Positions 63,304-64,000 of a stretch of DNA of 64,000 bases are shown here, piece by piece (within the stretch, counting starts at the first letter, position 1; each line of letters opens with the position of its first letter). Origin of the DNA: a virus; the IMG/VR virus record IMGVR_UViG_3300020419_001178, positions 64,001-128,000 of that record; one strand, written 5' to 3'. The notes beneath the pieces are model-generated. The model was not told the DNA's origin. It did not search any database and saw only the letters and a list, made by a program, of their open reading frames with translations. The position numbers were made by a program, and so were the translations under genes.

Positions 63304-64000
63304 ATGGCAAGTTACGCAAGTTATAAGAAGGTTACATCAGAAGGCATACCAAACGGTGCCATTACTAGGAGTAAATTACAGCCTGGTGCGGGTGCTTGTA
63401 GGAAAGTGCAATACATTTACAACGAACGTGGATTACGTTGCCACATGTGTGCGAGACAAAGTGGTTGTTGTGAACAAGCAAATGGTAAATGCTGTTATTG
63501 GTGCGTTCCTAGTAACGTATACAAAGTAACTTTTGAAATATGGAGTGGCGGAGGCGGAGGCCCCGGACACACCTGTTGTAATAACTGTTCATTTGCTATT
63601 GGCGGATCAGGTGGAAATTACGCATTAAAGACTATTGACACAAACCCAGGATGTCAATATACTGTATGTGCTGGCGGAAGTTGGCCATGTGGTAAATCAC
63701 ATACATGCGGAGCAGGTATGGGATGTCGTTCATATGTAAACGGTCACAATCTAAGTAACTTTTGTGTTACAGGAGCATGTGGCGGTTGGATGTGTAATGG
63801 TGACGCATGGGGTCAAAGACATATGACTCACAGTTGTGCTAACTGTTTAATATGCGGAGTCTTTGGAGCAGATTTTGGTGGAATGGGAGCTACTGGAAGA
63901 AAAGCAGGAACTACTACTTGTAGATGTCATGGACAAACAGGTTATAGTGGTGAAGCATTTGGAATGGGTGTAATAGGCGGAACAGCAACTAATGAAGCAT
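63304..64000 (+). CDS. Cys- and Gly-rich protein, adhesin-like (partial, >232 aa); not in the ORF track
   Basis: GGAG SD; MASYASYKKV...CCYWCVPSNVYKVTFEIWSGGGGGPGHTCCNNC...; 24 Cys in 232 codons; open to the window end. Confidence 0.85.
   Translation, partial: MASYASYKKVTSEGIPNGAITRSKLQPGAGACRKVQYIYNERGLRCHMCARQSGCCEQANGKCCYWCVPSNVYKVTFEIWSGGGGGPGHTCCNNCSFAIGGSGGNYALKTIDTNPGCQYTVCAGGSWPCGKSHTCGAGMGCRSYVNGHNLSNFCVTGACGGWMCNGDAWGQRHMTHSCANCLICGVFGADFGGMGATGRKAGTTTCRCHGQTGYSGEAFGMGVIGGTATNEA

Noticed and set aside
1-64000. Alternative genetic code (stop-codon reassignment)
   Set aside because: Genes are full length in code 11, and TAA, TAG and TGA all terminate conserved genes.

Overview
This 64-kb AT-rich window is part of a large T4-like (gp23-type) myovirus genome, probably from a marine or aquatic phage, in standard genetic code. 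(1) A minus-strand baseplate operon encodes a tube-initiator-like protein, gp53, a hub, a gp5 spike with a C-terminal GH19 domain, PAAR, gp25, gp6 and a giant >4,568-codon protein that runs off the left edge and is absent from the ORF track. (2) An early/middle block encodes gp55 late sigma, gp47/gp46 and a SufE auxiliary gene. (3) A minimal GIY-YIG nuclease gene is followed immediately by a ~400-nt ORF-free, GC-richer element with many predicted stems and pseudoknots. (4) A gp26-like gene ends in a canonical-looking -1 frameshift cassette (T TTT TTC, 6-nt spacer, 10-bp stem) that opens an unannotated 76-codon extension and sits divergent from the tape measure gene. (5) The head module (portal, Maf/DUF115-like transferase, core, gp21, gp22, gp23) is followed by a ~250-nt ncRNA with its own promoter and terminator. 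(6) A long cluster of paralogous fibre/appendage genes ends in a Cys/Gly-rich ORF truncated at the right edge. Four near-perfect sigma70 promoters and about 15 NNTAAATA late-promoter motifs are visible, several placed to give leaderless mRNAs. The strongest leads are the GIY-YIG/structured-RNA unit, the frameshifted tail-chaperone-like gene and the post-gp23 ncRNA. All functional calls rest on motif recognition by eye; no database searches were run.
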